Shown piece by piece: positions 28,157 to 41,526 of a stretch of 64,000 bases of DNA; within the stretch, counting starts at the first letter, position 1; each line of letters starts with the position of its first letter. This DNA is from Paragordius varius (taxonomy: Eukaryota; Animalia; Nematomorpha), in the NCBI GenBank assembly GCA_964247055.1, contig OZ176050.1, positions 3,100,001-3,164,000 of the forward strand, in the 5' to 3' direction. Made by a program: the position numbers and the translations under genes. The notes beneath the pieces are model-generated. The model was not told the DNA's origin. It saw nothing but the letters and a program-made list of their open reading frames with translations, and did no database searches.

Positions 28157-29966
28157 CTTTTTAGGTTAAAAACTGAATAGGATCCTTTAATTCAGGGGTG
28201 TCCAACGCATATGGCTTCGCGGGCCACAATCGAAATATATATATGGGCATTCATAAATAATTTATTAGATTGGAAACATAAGACTGTAAAGTGCTACAAT
28301 ATAACAATTTTTTCTAATTTTTGTCAATCAGTAGAATTATTTAGAATTTTTTTAAGAAATATCAATTTTACTGAGATTTTGTGGTTATGGTTATGTAAAT
28401 TATGGATTTCCACATTTTTCACGGGCCGTGTGTTGGCCACAATCCTTTAACTTATTAAAATTGTTAAGTCTTTGGTTAAATATTAAAATGTCGCATTAAT
28501 CGATTTTAACGTTAATCGTTACCCTTACAGCGTATTATCGCGCACTCCAAAATTAATTTTCCGGGGAACTTAATATATTTGAAAGATTTTTGATTTGATT
28601 ATTCAATTACATTTTTTCGGAAACACATAATACCCAGTGTAGTTGTTAAACACTCATTGCTTTTATAGTAAAATATTTATCTCTTCCTTTAAACCATGTT
28701 AGCCCAATTATATTTGGATCATGAATTGTTGGAAGATGCCTTTATTGCCATAAAAGAAGCCGAGGATATTTCAAAAAGTTCTCATCATACACTAGACATG
28801 GTAAATACTTTTAAATTATATTTTATAACTTTTTTCATACAAATTTTTAAGTTTTTATTCTAACCTAAATGTTTTTAATGATTCATATCTGGAAAAACAC
28901 ATAAGATTATATGGCAAAATTTAAAATTTCTAATGGATAACTTGATGCCAATTAACAAATCATAAAAAATAATTAAGGGATTAAAAACTCCTATTGCGTT
29001 TAATTAGTATTTTTGGTATCTTTTTACAAGCAATTTATGTGACTTTTTTTTCCTTTATTTAATCAATATTGATTTTGGGTGTAACATAACATGAAAGTTC
29101 ATATATCGGTATTAATTATAATAAAACATCTAAGTATAACTTTAAACTTGTCCTTTTTAATAAATTTTATCTTTGTAATTATTCGTAATATTCCAATATT
29201 TATATTTTACTTAGTTACTTATGGTAAGTATTCAATTTTTTAATTTTATACACTTGTCCTTAAATGATTACATACATTTAATTATGCATTAGTGGGGAAA
29301 ATTCTATATGAGTTTGGGCGATCCCACCACTGCTAAACTTTTGTTTGATAATGCTTTAGCTATAAAACCCGATTTCGTGGACGCTTTACAGGATTTGGTA
29401 TATATATATATGCTTTTTTTTAAAATTAATCTTTTTTTAATTAATTTTTTTCTCATATACAGTCATTGGCATATTTTTATTTGCACAATTTGGAAATGGC
29501 GGAAATCAAAGTCAGGGAAGCACTTAAAATAGATCCAACATCTCACAAATCATGGTATAAATAATTTTCAAAAGACAACCATATTTTTTAGATCTTATTT
29601 TATTTAAATATAGCTTATTGTTTAAAATGTTAACGTGTGAAATAGACCTATATATATTACTAACACTATCAATTTTATATATTTTATAATTGTAATTAAA
29701 GAAAAGGTTTGAAAACAAAAATATTTGTCCTTTTTTATTTTACGTTTTGTCCGTAAAATTTCAACTTTTACTATATTTTACTATTTAAAGTTTTTTTTGC
29801 ATAAAACTTAATTTTAATTTTATCATATTTTAGGTATTACTTGGGTCACATTTATCATTTGCGTGAAAATTCCAATAATCTTGCTACGCAGTGCTATTTA
29901 ACTGCACAAGATTTGTTTACAACCAGTTCTATTCGTCCGTTTGATATCCTTAAACCCATTTTTTAG
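16351..29966 (+). CDS. TTC7: Tetratricopeptide repeat protein 7 (PI4KA complex scaffold), about 25 exons
   Basis: The N-terminus RIELEIEKYRNEGNW matches TTC7 (RLETEIERCRSECQW). Further matches: GYVLEKAFLKLPILY, TQNIRQVLCRQLVEVLLKG, FAPRFVQDEVLLCILLS, LTTCLERSIKF, FHTWYRYALSL, FNLALQHALLRQL, and the end ATQCYLTAQDLFTTSSIRPFDIL. Exons: 16351-16471, 16498-16658, 16687-16858, 17060-17124, 18435-18696, 19250-19457, 20079-20241, 21642-21904, 22361-22439, 22502-22621, 23236-23446, 23693-23831, 24626-24759, 25037-25115, 25502-25722, 26045-26447, 26759-26975, 27339-27427, 27546-27662, 27776-27852, 27938-28081, 28703-28800, 29293-29397, 29463-29554, 29834-29966. Confidence 0.9.
20689..21365. mobile_element. 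Non-autonomous hAT element in a TTC7 intron
   Basis: TIRs TAAGGTTGTGC / GCACAACCCTA. TSD GGAACGTC / GTAACGTC (7 of 8 match). Palindromic GGTCATGACC subterminal motifs in both arms. Confidence 0.85.
28099..28155. repeat. (TA)n microsatellite in a TTC7 intron
   Basis: Perfect AT dinucleotide run just downstream of the 28082 splice donor. Confidence 0.95.
28193..28444. mobile_element. hAT (Charlie/Buster-type) MITE
   Basis: Left end CAGGGGTGTCCAAC, right end GTTGGCCACAATC (degenerate). TSD CTTTAATT / CTTTAACT. Confidence 0.75.
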
Positions 29967-30380
29967 GCGAAAGAACACGTACATTTATATATTTTTCCGT
30001 GCAATAGCCTTTAAAAATTTGACAAAGCAGGACTCTTTCTCTATGATAAATATGTAATAAATTATAATTTATTCATCCGTTATTACATTCATTTTAAAAT
30101 TACAATTTTTTTATTATGATAATTACCAAAAAAAACGTGTTAATTTGACATAAGTTTTTAATTAATTTAAACACGCGTGAATGCTTTTTAATTTACTCTT
30201 AAAATATTTTTTTCAAGTTTCACCAAATTTTAATTTAGTTAGAGGAAATTTACTATTTTACAAAGTTTTTATATCGGGAAAAATGCCCTACTTTAATATA
30301 TTATATTTAAATTTTTATGTGTTTTTATGTCAAGCGGTGTCTATATAAAAAATTTGAGTTGAAATGCGACGTTTGATGTT

Positions 30381-32926
30381 TCAAATATTTATGACATAAT
30401 TATGCACTATATCCAAATTATTTCTAATGAGCGTGGTTAAAGGATAAGGACCTTTGTTACAATGTTCATTTTTAGGGTCATCTCCAGCCAAAGCCCAAAC
30501 AGTTATACCAGCTAATTCAAGTTCCTTCACAAATTTTATCTAAACGCAATCAATATAAGTTAATTAAGTATTATCAATTTTAATTTATAACGGAGATTTA
30601 GATTTTTTCCACTATTTTGGTAAAATTGTATTGTATTACCTTTGTATTTGGAAAACGAAAATGTTTTTTTCAGCCAGCGAAACGATAAAGCGATTAAAAT
30701 TATAAATCCATTTCAAAAAATTACAAACCCAATCCCTATCAAATCGATATTAATTATGAATGGTGTAATATATTGTATTTTAGATTATTTTTTCTAGTTC
30801 TTAACACAATTATACCAAATTACTTAACAAAAACAAGTATTTTTCTTCCAAGAAGCAAATATATATTTACTATAGTATGCATTGGTTAATATACCGTTTA
30901 AAAAAAACTCCTTACATTTCTATAGCTTATCATCTATTAATAAAAACTAAATTTATAAATTTTATATTACCTTTTCTTTTATGCTCTGTTCATTTTCATA
31001 TGTAATGAATTGGTTATCAGTAAATGCAAACGGTGCCTCAAAATCTTGATCGTAACCCCTCAACCATTCACTATCGTGTTGTAAATTCGCACAAATCTAT
31101 ACATATTATGATAAGCATAAATACCTCTGAATTTAAAAGATAACCCGATTGGTTTTTATAGATTCCTAGATCAACGCAACTTTTGAAAGATGGCCAAATA
31201 TTTTTTCCCGCTGTTTGGGTCCTATAATTAAGCTGTAATTTAAGTTGTCTCTTTATGTTATATCCTTCAAAAGATCGCCCAAAAGCTGCTATTCCTAATA
31301 AAAGTTTATTTGATGGTAGTCCTTTTGACAACCAAATTTCCACCGAGTTTATCTGGAATAAGAAAGATATAAATATTACACAATGCATTTTCATATCAAT
31401 ACTCTAAACTAAATGCTATAATACATATATTAATGTGTAACATTTTTGTTAAAAGGGTATATTATAAAAAATTATCCAGCAATTAAGGCTCGGGGTGTCA
31501 CCAATATTTATTTCTAAAAGAAATATCTCAAAATATTTTTTATATTTTTTCATATTTCCCCAAAAATGGTTTTTCTAAAAACCCTTAATATAAATTGGTC
31601 ACAATTGAGTGTACTTATTGAAATATACATTATTTCATCTAATCAGTGTAATGATCTATATTTTATCAGCAATTATTAATTTTATTGAAACAAATTATTT
31701 GGTTTATTTGGTCACAATTATAAAATTTGTGACATGCACATTGCTTCTTAAATGAATGTTAACTCTCCGATTTGATTTTCCTATATTATAAATCTCTTTA
31801 TTTCATTCGCTAGCGTTTTTATTTGTATGCATCTAAACGAATGTATTGCCCTTATTTTAAATGCAGAGCATTAAAAATTTGGGTGAATCTTGGGATTAGT
31901 GTTAGTTTAAAATTTAAATTATTAGGATATGAAACTATACATAGTAAAAGATATTACAGTGTTGTTAATATTACAAAATGGAAGATAGTCAGTCGTTTTA
32001 TTAAAAATAATTTCATCCGAAAATTTATCATATATTATTTTTTATTTTGCGATCTGATAATATGAGCTTTCATTTTTATATTTTTGGTTAAATGAAAATA
32101 ATTAACTTTGAATAAAGCTGGAATCCCAAATTTACCATAAGATACTGTAATTAATCTAAAACTAGTTTGAAAAATATATGATTTTGTCCCGCACATAATT
32201 AATGTCAATTATTATACCATTTACGAATCGATTTCGCCCTTAAACAATTCAAATTCACCCTAAAAATAAATTACGTTTTTTCGGGCTAATAAAACCCATC
32301 ATTAATATAAAATACTTCTTTATGACATTATTATTTTTTCAGTATTTTTTAATTTCAAAAACAAAATTTTATTGTTTATAAAGTCGAAAAAACACATAGA
32401 TTTCGAGAATGAATTCGAATATTTTGAGGGTAATAAGTTTAAGGGTGAATTTGAGATGTCAATGGTATAAAGAACTTACGACGCTTTCGCCATTAGAGTG
32501 GTACAATGGACTCAAGTAACCGATCCGTTTATCATCATTCCAACATCCATTGTAATCATAAGCCATGAGTGTCACATAATCTACATATCTATAATTATAT
32601 CAAAAAATTTGGTTTTTTATAAATATTTTACAAATCATTAATGGAAAATATATTCCCTTTTGTTTGCAAACCAAATAAATAAATTATATCACATGGGTCT
32701 TAAAAGTTAATATGTTATTATATAATAATATAAAATACCTTGAAAGTTGTGGTATATTATAACCATCTTCGATGACAAGTGTATCTGCGGATCCGGTAAT
32801 TAATATAATCAAATTTTTTTGGGCAAGAATACGTTTTTTTGTAAACTCTTCCTTGATAATCTAATATGACAATTATATTATAAATTTTTTTTGATAAATA
32901 ATGTGCGAAACAAATATGTTAAAAAC

Positions 32927-32972
<46 letters not shown>

Positions 32973-33698
32973 CTTTATTATTTTCCAATGATTTAATTCG
33001 TATTTAATTAAATGTTTTTACCTTAAATGCTATTTATTAAGTTTGAATTTTTATTAAAACCCAATACAAAAGTCAACGGCCTTTAGACCTATATTTTTGC
33101 GTTTTAATAAAAGTTTTAAGCCAAATATTAAACATCAAGATATTACCGATAAAAGCCTATTGAGGTTGTTTTTGTCATGAATTGTTCCTCCCCGTTCCTT
33201 GAAACCTGGATATTCCCAATCCAAATCTACACCGTCAAAATTGTATCGAATGAGATAATTTGACAAATTTTTAGCAAACCGTTTGAGTATTGGCACATCT
33301 GAATCTGCTAACTCGCTGAACCTTTTTTGATCAAAACTCCACCCACCAACAGAGATAATAAATTTTAATTGTGGATTTATTGCTTTTAGGTCATCCAGTT
33401 TCCTGTATAGTTCTAGACTTATTAGACAATTTTTTCCAACCTCTAAAGTTCCATTCTTTATTGATTATATCATATTCATGAGTTATGTCAAGGAAGGCAT
33501 ATATAATATGGGTACAAAGCCAAGGATCTATATCTTCAATCTTAAACGAGTATGGTCTTATATTGTATTGATCCCAATCGGTATAATAGCAAAATAGTTG
33601 ATGTGCTGAAATTTAAAATATATATTTAAATTTATACCGCTTGTGGGATAATATAATAAATATATTAGATTGGTTATCAAATAAAGTATGAAATTCAT
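30381..33698 (-). CDS. Secreted GH18 chitinase, catalytic domain only
   Basis: Exons 33698-33638 (signal-peptide-like MNFILYLITNLIYLLYYPTSA), 33605-33441, 33412-33147, 32860-32739, 32588-32480, 31352-31125, 31096-30971 and 30539-30381. Motifs CYYTDW, IDPWLCTHIIYAF, SVGGW, intact FDGVDLDWEYP, LMAYDYNG, KLLLGIAAFGRSF and GITVWALAGDD. Confidence 0.95.
32215..32467. mobile_element. MITE with 21-bp subterminal repeats (copy 2), in a chitinase intron
   Basis: TACCATTTAC...AATGGTA termini, with the same core as the other copies. Confidence 0.75.
32931..32967. repeat. (TA)n microsatellite in a chitinase intron
   Basis: Perfect TA run. Confidence 0.9.
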
Positions 33699-34965
33699 AT
33701 AAAGAAATTTTTTTATTTTAATTGAGTTTAAAGTTAACTTCTTATCGAAGTCTTTATCTTAAATGAACTAAAATTATTATTATATCATCAATAAACTACT
33801 AATTTTTTCCATATATTGATACATTAATTCAATTTATAAAACAATAAAAATGCGAAAGTTAGCAATTCTCGGCTCAGTAATTTTATAAATTGAATTAAAC
33901 CATTGTTTTTATTTGCTAATACCCAAATTTTATTTAAAATATTGTTATAGAAGGGTCTTTTTCATATTTAACATGTCCAATAAACAAAACCGAAATATAT
34001 TTAAGCGATTGAACCAGGGCTTTTTAACCGGAACTCGGTTTCTGTTTGGCAGGAACCCCCGTTGGGTTGGAACCAACCCGGTTTCGGTCCCACCATTAAA
34101 AGAAGTGGTTCCTATAGGTTTTTATTTTTAAAAAATTAATTATTTAAATTTAATGGTATGATATCAATTTTTTGGGTTTTCCATCAAAATGGAAGGATTA
34201 CAAGTAAATTTTGTTTATTAAAAAATAATCATATGACAACATTTTTTTCGTGTCCGAATGAAATGGAATCACCTTGTTGACACAGATTTATTTTAACTAT
34301 AGATTAAGAGCATTAACCGTAGTAATTAATGAACCAACCTTCTAATAAAAACTATAAACTATATATTGGAGTCTTATAACTGAGGAAAAGAAAAAATTGA
34401 TAAATTTATCCTTATTCCTTTTAATATTTTTTACTTTTTAAAATTTAATTGTATCTATTTCAAATAATTTTAAAATCTCTAAATTTTGACAAAACTTTAA
34501 ATACTAGCGCCCACAATTAATTACCCATAACGGAAATAAATAAGCCACATATATCACCGATACTCAAACTGCGGACCACGGGCCTCATGAACTGATCTTT
34601 GTCTAATCATCCATTTTGGAAAAATATTAAAATTTTATCATCTAAGGTTACAAAGCGGTACATATTTTGCGGCTCACACACAATATTATATATGAGTTTT
34701 GTGCCAATATGATATAAAAAGGGGAATCACCATTATATAAAAACTATCTTAAAAAGCCCACGACGACAGAAAGGTGTGAAGGAAGTTTTCTTATAAAATC
34801 GCTAATTGTCGATGATTGACTACAAGCTCAACAACAATACTTAATTTTACATATTTATATATGTTTAACAGCCAAGTATTCGCTATTAATATACATTTTG
34901 ACCCGACTATAAAAAATATTTTGAAAGGGTGGTGAATTTTTTTTGTTGGCTACTACTGCTTAAAC

Positions 34966-37372
34966 CAGTGATAAACCGCGGCCCTTAGAGCGCCCTAATA
35001 ATGCCCTATGACCATATTGATTTATTTTTTTATTGATAATTTTTAAAATACACACAAACGAATTTTCGTTTATTTTATATTAATTTATTTTCTTTAGATT
35101 TAATTTTGGTAATTTTTCTTTTTTACCCAATTTGAAATGTAAAAAAATTTCCCTAAAATGATTTCGAAATTTTGGCACACGTTGTTTCTGTTTCTGTATT
35201 CTATTTTCTTTTCTATTTTGGAAAATATATTGCATTACATTTTTATAAGCAAGCCTTTCACCCAAACTTGCATATACATATTCTTTTCATAGCTATCCTG
35301 CACATTTTTTTATAACTCATTCCCATAAAATATTTTTCAAATCAACATCATTAAATTTCGACCTGTTTTTTTATAGCATAATTCAAATTATATTCCTATT
35401 TTTAAAAATTACATAATAACATAAATTCAAAGGATGACATCTAATGATAAAAAACGTAAATTATCTGATGAAAATCGCTCCTTAAAAAAAATGGGAAGAA
35501 AAATTCTTTATCGTCTTAAATAAAATTGTTGTTACCTGCCTTATATGTAAAGACAACATAATATAAAAAAATACAATATTATTTTACAATCCATCATTTT
35601 CATAAATTAAAAGAAAATAATGAGGATAGAAACGAAAAAAATAAGAAGATTAAGGAATTATGCCAGAAGGAAAAATCTATTTTCAGCTTCGTATGAAAAA
35701 TTGCTAAATTTTAGGAAAAAATATGAAACCTTTTACTGATTCCCAACTATTAAAAGAATGTCTTATAAATGGTTGCACTTTTGATAAATTCCATAATAAA
35801 GATCAAATCATGAGGCAAATTAAAAAAACTTTAACTTTCTGATTCAACATGTGCTTGACGCATTGAAGATATGTCTAAATATATTTTTGACAATACATTA
35901 TTGGCTCTCAAAAGCTGCAAATATTTTAGCATTGCTATTGATTCTAGCACTGATAAAACAACTCAATGTGCGCTCTTCATTAAATTTTGCAACGACAGCA
36001 AAATCAACGAGGAATATTTAAAATTTTACCGATGAATAATACCACGAAAGGAAGTGATTTTCTCGAAATCATAAGGAATTTTTTTTCGATAACAATGGTA
36101 TATCTATCAAAAAATTGATTTTGATCTGCACAGATGGTTGTCCCTCTATGATTGGAATAAAAAAAAGATTTATTCCTTTTTTGAACAAATATAATTTGTA
36201 AAATATTTTATCCTTTAACTGCTTTATTCATCAGCAAAACTTGGTTTCGCACGTAAAAGATGATTCACTCAATTCAGTAATTAAAACGGTTGTGAATATA
36301 GTTAACCAAAACCGTGGTAGAGAATTCAACCTCCATAAATTGGAAGATCTTTTCAAAGATATCCACAGTGAGTTTAATAATAATCTTTTGTACTCCGCTG
36401 TGAGATGGCTAAAACTTAGCAAAGTATTAAAGAGATTTGGTTTAATAAATGAAATTCTATATTTCTAAAAGATAACAGAAAGATCAACGAGGAATTAATA
36501 GTGACATAGTCTACCTTTGCGACATTATTTGTAAACCTATTATTTTTAATACAAGTCTTCAAGGGAGCAAAATATAACCCACGCTAATCATATATTTGCT
36601 TTTGGAGAAAAATGAATAATATATAAACATTTTATAAATACACTACTATTAATTCCAACACTTAAAAGGTTTCATTAAGAAAATATGGAATTTACGCCGA
36701 GATTTATTTAATAATAGACAATCATTTACCTTTTTAAATGATATGAAATTCAGATTTCAAGAATTACGAAATAATAAAATTTGCTTAAACTCGTTGAAAA
36801 TCCATGTTTTATATCCAATATTAAACAACTTGAGCGTTTCGGTTTTGATCAGGCTCACATAATTGAAGAATTCGTAGATTTTAAAAATGATTCCGATTCG
36901 GAGGCTATATTCAAGGAGAATCGTAGAGAAGAAAGAGTAGAGTTTTGGCAAGATGTGCCAAATATGAAAATATAATAAAATTTGCTCAAGTCTAACTGTT
37001 TTTCCCTCAACTTACACGTGTGAGACGGCACATTCGAAAATGAAGTATGTCAAGAATATATACAGAAATCGCTCGATGATTAATGGACCACGCATTAAGA
37101 TTGGCCTGTCATGATGCGAAACCAAATTTGTCAAAAATTATTGGTTAATATCAAAATAAATGTTGTTATATAAAATTTAATTAATGGTGCAAACAATTTT
37201 TTAGCTGGATTTACATGCGATCCCCAAAAATTCATTGTGGATATTTAGATTTAGAGTATAAATATGTGTATATGTGTCATATAGCTATGGAATATTTGCC
37301 ATTATAAGGTTCACGGCCCTCGAAAAAAAATATATTTTATTTGGCCCGTCAAATTTTTGGTGAGTACCACTG
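34966..37372 (+). mobile_element. hAT (Buster/Charlie-type) transposon, 2407 bp, decayed
   Basis: CAGTG...CACTG termini and a perfect 8-bp TSD GCTTAAAC (34958-34965 and 37373-37380). Confidence 0.92.
35434..37150 (+). pseudogene. GTF2IRD2/EPM2AIP1/SPIN-like hAT transposase pseudogene
   Basis: KRKLSDENRS..WEEKFF..CLICK, FSIAIDSSTD, ICTDGCPSMIG, CFIHQQNL, LLYSAVRWL and FPSTYTCETAHSKMKYVKNIYRNR, spread over several frames with stops. Confidence 0.88.
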
Positions 37373-40089
37373 GCTTAAACGCTTAATATTATATTAACCG
37401 CAAACTCTCTGAACTTTTGGCATTCGGCTAGGCTGTTGTAAAATGGATACTAAATATTTCATAATACACGTATTCAGCCAAATAATAAGTATTTAAATTC
37501 ATTCATCCAACCTAAAAGCTTACAAAATATGTTATATTCATAGTAACTTGATGTCTTCTGGAAAGCTGGATTAAAAATAACAAATATTAATATTTTAATT
37601 AAAATATTGTACGAAAATCATTTAATGAAAAGTCGGAAACCAAAAGAGAACTGGTTCCTATTATAAAACCCGTTCCGGAACCGTTAAATTTGCAAGAACC
37701 AAACACTGGTTTCACTTGCTTAGAACCACCCCGGTTCCAAAATTTATGAGCACGGATTCTATACTTGAAATCTTAGTTCCAACCGTACAGGAACGATCCC
37801 CACTCCCGTTTCACTTTTTTTGAACCGGTTCAAAGCCCTGACATCGTGGCATTAATAATATTTTTTTTTCTTAAAACACTTGACTATAAAATGCACATAC
37901 AAAATGTAACAATTTTTCCTAGTTCATGAGGTAATATTTTAAGAAACATCCACTTACTAACATTTTTTAAACTTATTTTTGCGAATTGAATATTCAAATT
38001 ATTCGCGGGTTGCAGATAATGTTTCAAAGAACCGCTTGTTAAACACTTCTGGTATATATTATTCCTACTCAAAAGATCCTCATCAATAATAAGTTATTTT
38101 TCTTTAAGTAATATTGGTTTTACCTAATTTATTATCGCCTGCATATGGGAGGTATTAGGTATCCAAAATTAAAATTGACCAAGTTATGGAAACTATTACA
38201 TCCAATCAACTATTTAAATGATAAAAAATTTTACAGTCGTAATTTAAAAAATAGTTTAGATGACACATATTTCCAAAATAAATGCTTTAACCGCCTATTT
38301 TGCTATCGAGTTTCATAATATTTATTATATATCAATTCTTTATTTAACTTTAATAGCTTAAAATGACTTTTAGTGTTTTGTATATTTCAATTTTCTTTCT
38401 TACCTCAAAAATACGCAATAATCGATTATTATATTAACTTGGAATGAAAAATATTTTTAAGCTAATTTACCAATACTTATAATTACAAGAAAAAAAATAA
38501 TATGGGTCGCATTTGTTTTTGTAGATTTTTTTTCGCTTTAACTGAGTTTGCATCAGTAATAAAAACACTGAGATGTTAAATAATTTGTATGATTGTTTAA
38601 TTTATTAGCTATAAATTATAACATTTATCTGACAATCAAATAGAAAAGGTTCTTTACAAGTTCAAATAAAATTAATTTACCTAAAATACTATTTATGAAC
38701 GTCATTTCAAAAATTTATAAAAATTTTATGATAAAATAAAAAAAACCGTGGCGCTTCAGACGCGACGCTTAAGTTACCTCTGATTTTAGCTAATTGCCAG
38801 GGAAAAAAATGATAAAAAAGCAAGCTAACATCTTTATGCTAATGCATTTACATATATATTTTTTTATTATTGGATAAACCATAGATAGGATTTATCATTA
38901 TTATATATTCAAAGGTATATATTAATTAAAAAAATCAATAAAACCCCCTATCGTCGCATACACTAACCAACATTTAACATAAAAAGAATGCCATGTATGT
39001 AATTTAATAACAGAAAAAAGCATAGGGAAAAATTTTTATATCTGTAAAATAAAATAAAATAAAAATCATCCACAATCAACTATATAAATACTCAATAAAT
39101 TTCTGCAAAAAAAAGCTTTTTTATAGCTATAACTTGTTTGTTTTTAACAATAAAAATAATTTTTAGGAGATATTTTTTTCTTTAAACAACAACAGTTAAT
39201 AGGGATTGATGTGAATTTTTAGTTTAATAAACATGGAAAAAATATATAAACAGAACACACCAACGATGTTCCAATATCAATCAATCAATATAATTTTATT
39301 GTTAAATTTTTTCTAAATATTTATGATATATAGTAAGCTCAGAAAAAAATCTATATATTTCCAATAACTATAGACCCTATGTAAATTTAAAATAATAAAT
39401 AAATTGCATATATATTTTTTTCGTGTAACTGTTATTTTAAAACATTAAATTATCAATAAATTTTTTTTCCATATCACTCCTAAAAATATTTTGGATCAAA
39501 TTTTGTTTTTTGTTTTGTTTAAAAATAAATAACCATGTTTTAAAACAATTGATAATTTGATGAATTGCCTAAATCCATAATTATTCAATGTTGGCTATAT
39601 TTGCATTTTGGACAGAAACGTAATTTTTTACCTTTATAACATACACACACACACACCTTACATTTGACATTTTTTATGATTGATACATATATATAAAACT
39701 ACACACAAACGTACAATATGGTTTAGGCGAAATTTGCCATCAAAAGAAATAATTATATTAATTAATGAAATATGGATCTAGTTCTGGCTAAATTTACCTG
39801 TATGTCGACACTTGTCTCCCTTTACCTTAATTAAATAATTAGATAAATGACAGTTTCCAGCAAATAAAAAACCAACACATTCATTTCTATTATTGATTAA
39901 ATAATAAACTTCTCATCATCTCATCTATTTATTACAGCCTGGTAGATATGTGTACAAGGAGATGATGCATCCCATTTTATTTCAGAGGTGTCTCAAACAC
40001 CAACCAAAATCCAATTTGATTGATTAATTGTAATTTTTACATTGTGGAAATATCAAACCCTTCATCATAATTTATAAAATATTACAATA

Positions 40090-41526
40090 ATGCGGCAAAA
40101 TAGATTGGGCATTAAACCGGATGCGTATGCGAACCCCTTGTTCGTCAAGCTAACGAGGTATGAAGCATTTAGCTATGTTTACATCTTACCAGCCATCCTA
40201 ATTTTGGGATTGATTAAAAATTACATCTTATTGCATGCATTCAAATGTGTCCGGATTCGTTCAAATCTTGGTCGGCTATTACGTATTCTCCTATATTCTG
40301 ATATAATTCTCTGGATTCTCTTACTGTTTTATCCGTTTATGAGTAGTGTCGGAGTGTATACCAATTCCCCATTTTCTGAATCCCAGGCATGGAATTCGTT
40401 TGTTATCTATTTTTTACAACCGGCTTTGAATACATTTTTCATTTTAAACATACATTTGGTGACTCTGATGGCAGCTAATCAATACCTTATGTACGCCTTT
40501 CCCCGCGTCCATAATGTGTGGAAACGGAAAAAGTATATCCTTAAATACGTACTGATTGTAGACTTTTTCATCATAGCTTCTATGGAGTACACTATGTGTA
40601 AATGGCTCCAAGTTACACGGTATCGCCAACCCTATCAATACAACCAAAATTATTATGGTAGCCACCAGGGCTTGGAAGGCGCCATTCAAACACCAGCACC
40701 TGGTCCGGCTCGTGATATCTATTACTATGATGTGGTCCCAGACCCGTCAGATAATTACATCTCCTATGAGGTAACAAACAACCTTATCTTAGTCATTGCC
40801 CCGTTAATCTTTCTTCTTTTCCTGAGTTTCTCGAACCTTCGATACTATCTCCGCAACAAATGGCAACAGAATGTGGGAAATGGAAAACGAATATCGCCCG
40901 ATGGCGATAACAAACAACCCGCTACGCTTCAACTCCAACGCAATCCACCTAATTCGAATCAACAGCACCAATTACCATCAACATCTCAGTATGGAGGCGG
41001 TACTGATCCTAACAAAAACCTCTCATCATTCGAATCCGTCCCGGAAGAAAAACGAGTATTCCGTACCCAAGAGTCCAAAAATTTTGCCGCCTCAAAGGCG
41101 GAAGAAAAATTGTTAAGTATACTTATTATTGTCCTTTCTTTTCAATACTTGATTTGTAACATTCCCATAGCCATCATACAGATTTTGTACCCCGTTTATG
41201 AATGTTATCCTGGTATCTGTAAGTTTCGATTTTACGTTTTAGTTGCCACCATGCTCCAATTACTTAATCCAAACATTGATTTTTACATTTTTTATGGGCT
41301 TAAAAGTTTGCGCAGGGCTGTGGGAAATCTATGGGTTTCGACCCGACACAAGAAAAAAACTAATGCAGAAAAGGGAGGAATTAATGATAGCAACAGTACA
41401 TTAGATGAAGCGGATATGCACTCGGAAGATAAATTGACTATTGATGATAACCCTGAAATTCGATCCACCACCACGACTAAACCCAAGGTGCCCAATGAAA
41501 ACATTAAAATCGAAGAGTTGTCCTAA
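40090..41526 (+). CDS. Intronless class A GPCR, peptide-receptor-like (FMRFamide/Srw-type), 478 aa
   Basis: Seven hydrophobic segments: TM1 ILILGLIKN, TM2 LLYSDI, TM3 LVTLMAANQYLMYAFP, TM6 YLICNIP and TM7 LNPNIDFYIFY. The ORF is uninterrupted and relatively GC-rich. Confidence 0.88.
   Translation: MRQNRLGIKPDAYANPLFVKLTRYEAFSYVYILPAILILGLIKNYILLHAFKCVRIRSNLGRLLRILLYSDIILWILLLFYPFMSSVGVYTNSPFSESQAWNSFVIYFLQPALNTFFILNIHLVTLMAANQYLMYAFPRVHNVWKRKKYILKYVLIVDFFIIASMEYTMCKWLQVTRYRQPYQYNQNYYGSHQGLEGAIQTPAPGPARDIYYYDVVPDPSDNYISYEVTNNLILVIAPLIFLLFLSFSNLRYYLRNKWQQNVGNGKRISPDGDNKQPATLQLQRNPPNSNQQHQLPSTSQYGGGTDPNKNLSSFESVPEEKRVFRTQESKNFAASKAEEKLLSILIIVLSFQYLICNIPIAIIQILYPVYECYPGICKFRFYVLVATMLQLLNPNIDFYIFYGLKSLRRAVGNLWVSTRHKKKTNAEKGGINDSNSTLDEADMHSEDKLTIDDNPEIRSTTTTKPKVPNENIKIEELS

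Larger units (their letters stand above)
34015..37840. mobile_element. Candidate outer hAT-like element enclosing the 34966-37372 transposon
   Basis: Inverted ends CAGGGCTTTTTAACCGG / CCGGTTCAAAGCCCTG, and both arms are rich in GGAACC/GGTTCC motifs. No matching TSD was found (GATTGAAC vs ACATCGTG). Confidence 0.55.

Noticed and set aside
33413-33440. Apparent frameshift and stop in the chitinase (pseudogene or alternative genetic code)
   Set aside because: A 28-nt GT-AG intron restores the conserved frame. Similar breaks in RPLP0, NUS1 and annexin resolve the same way, so no recoding is needed.
40444-41504. Overlapping ORFs 40444-40689, 40871-41116 and 41292-41504
   Set aside because: Alternate-frame or antisense by-products of the GPCR coding sequence.
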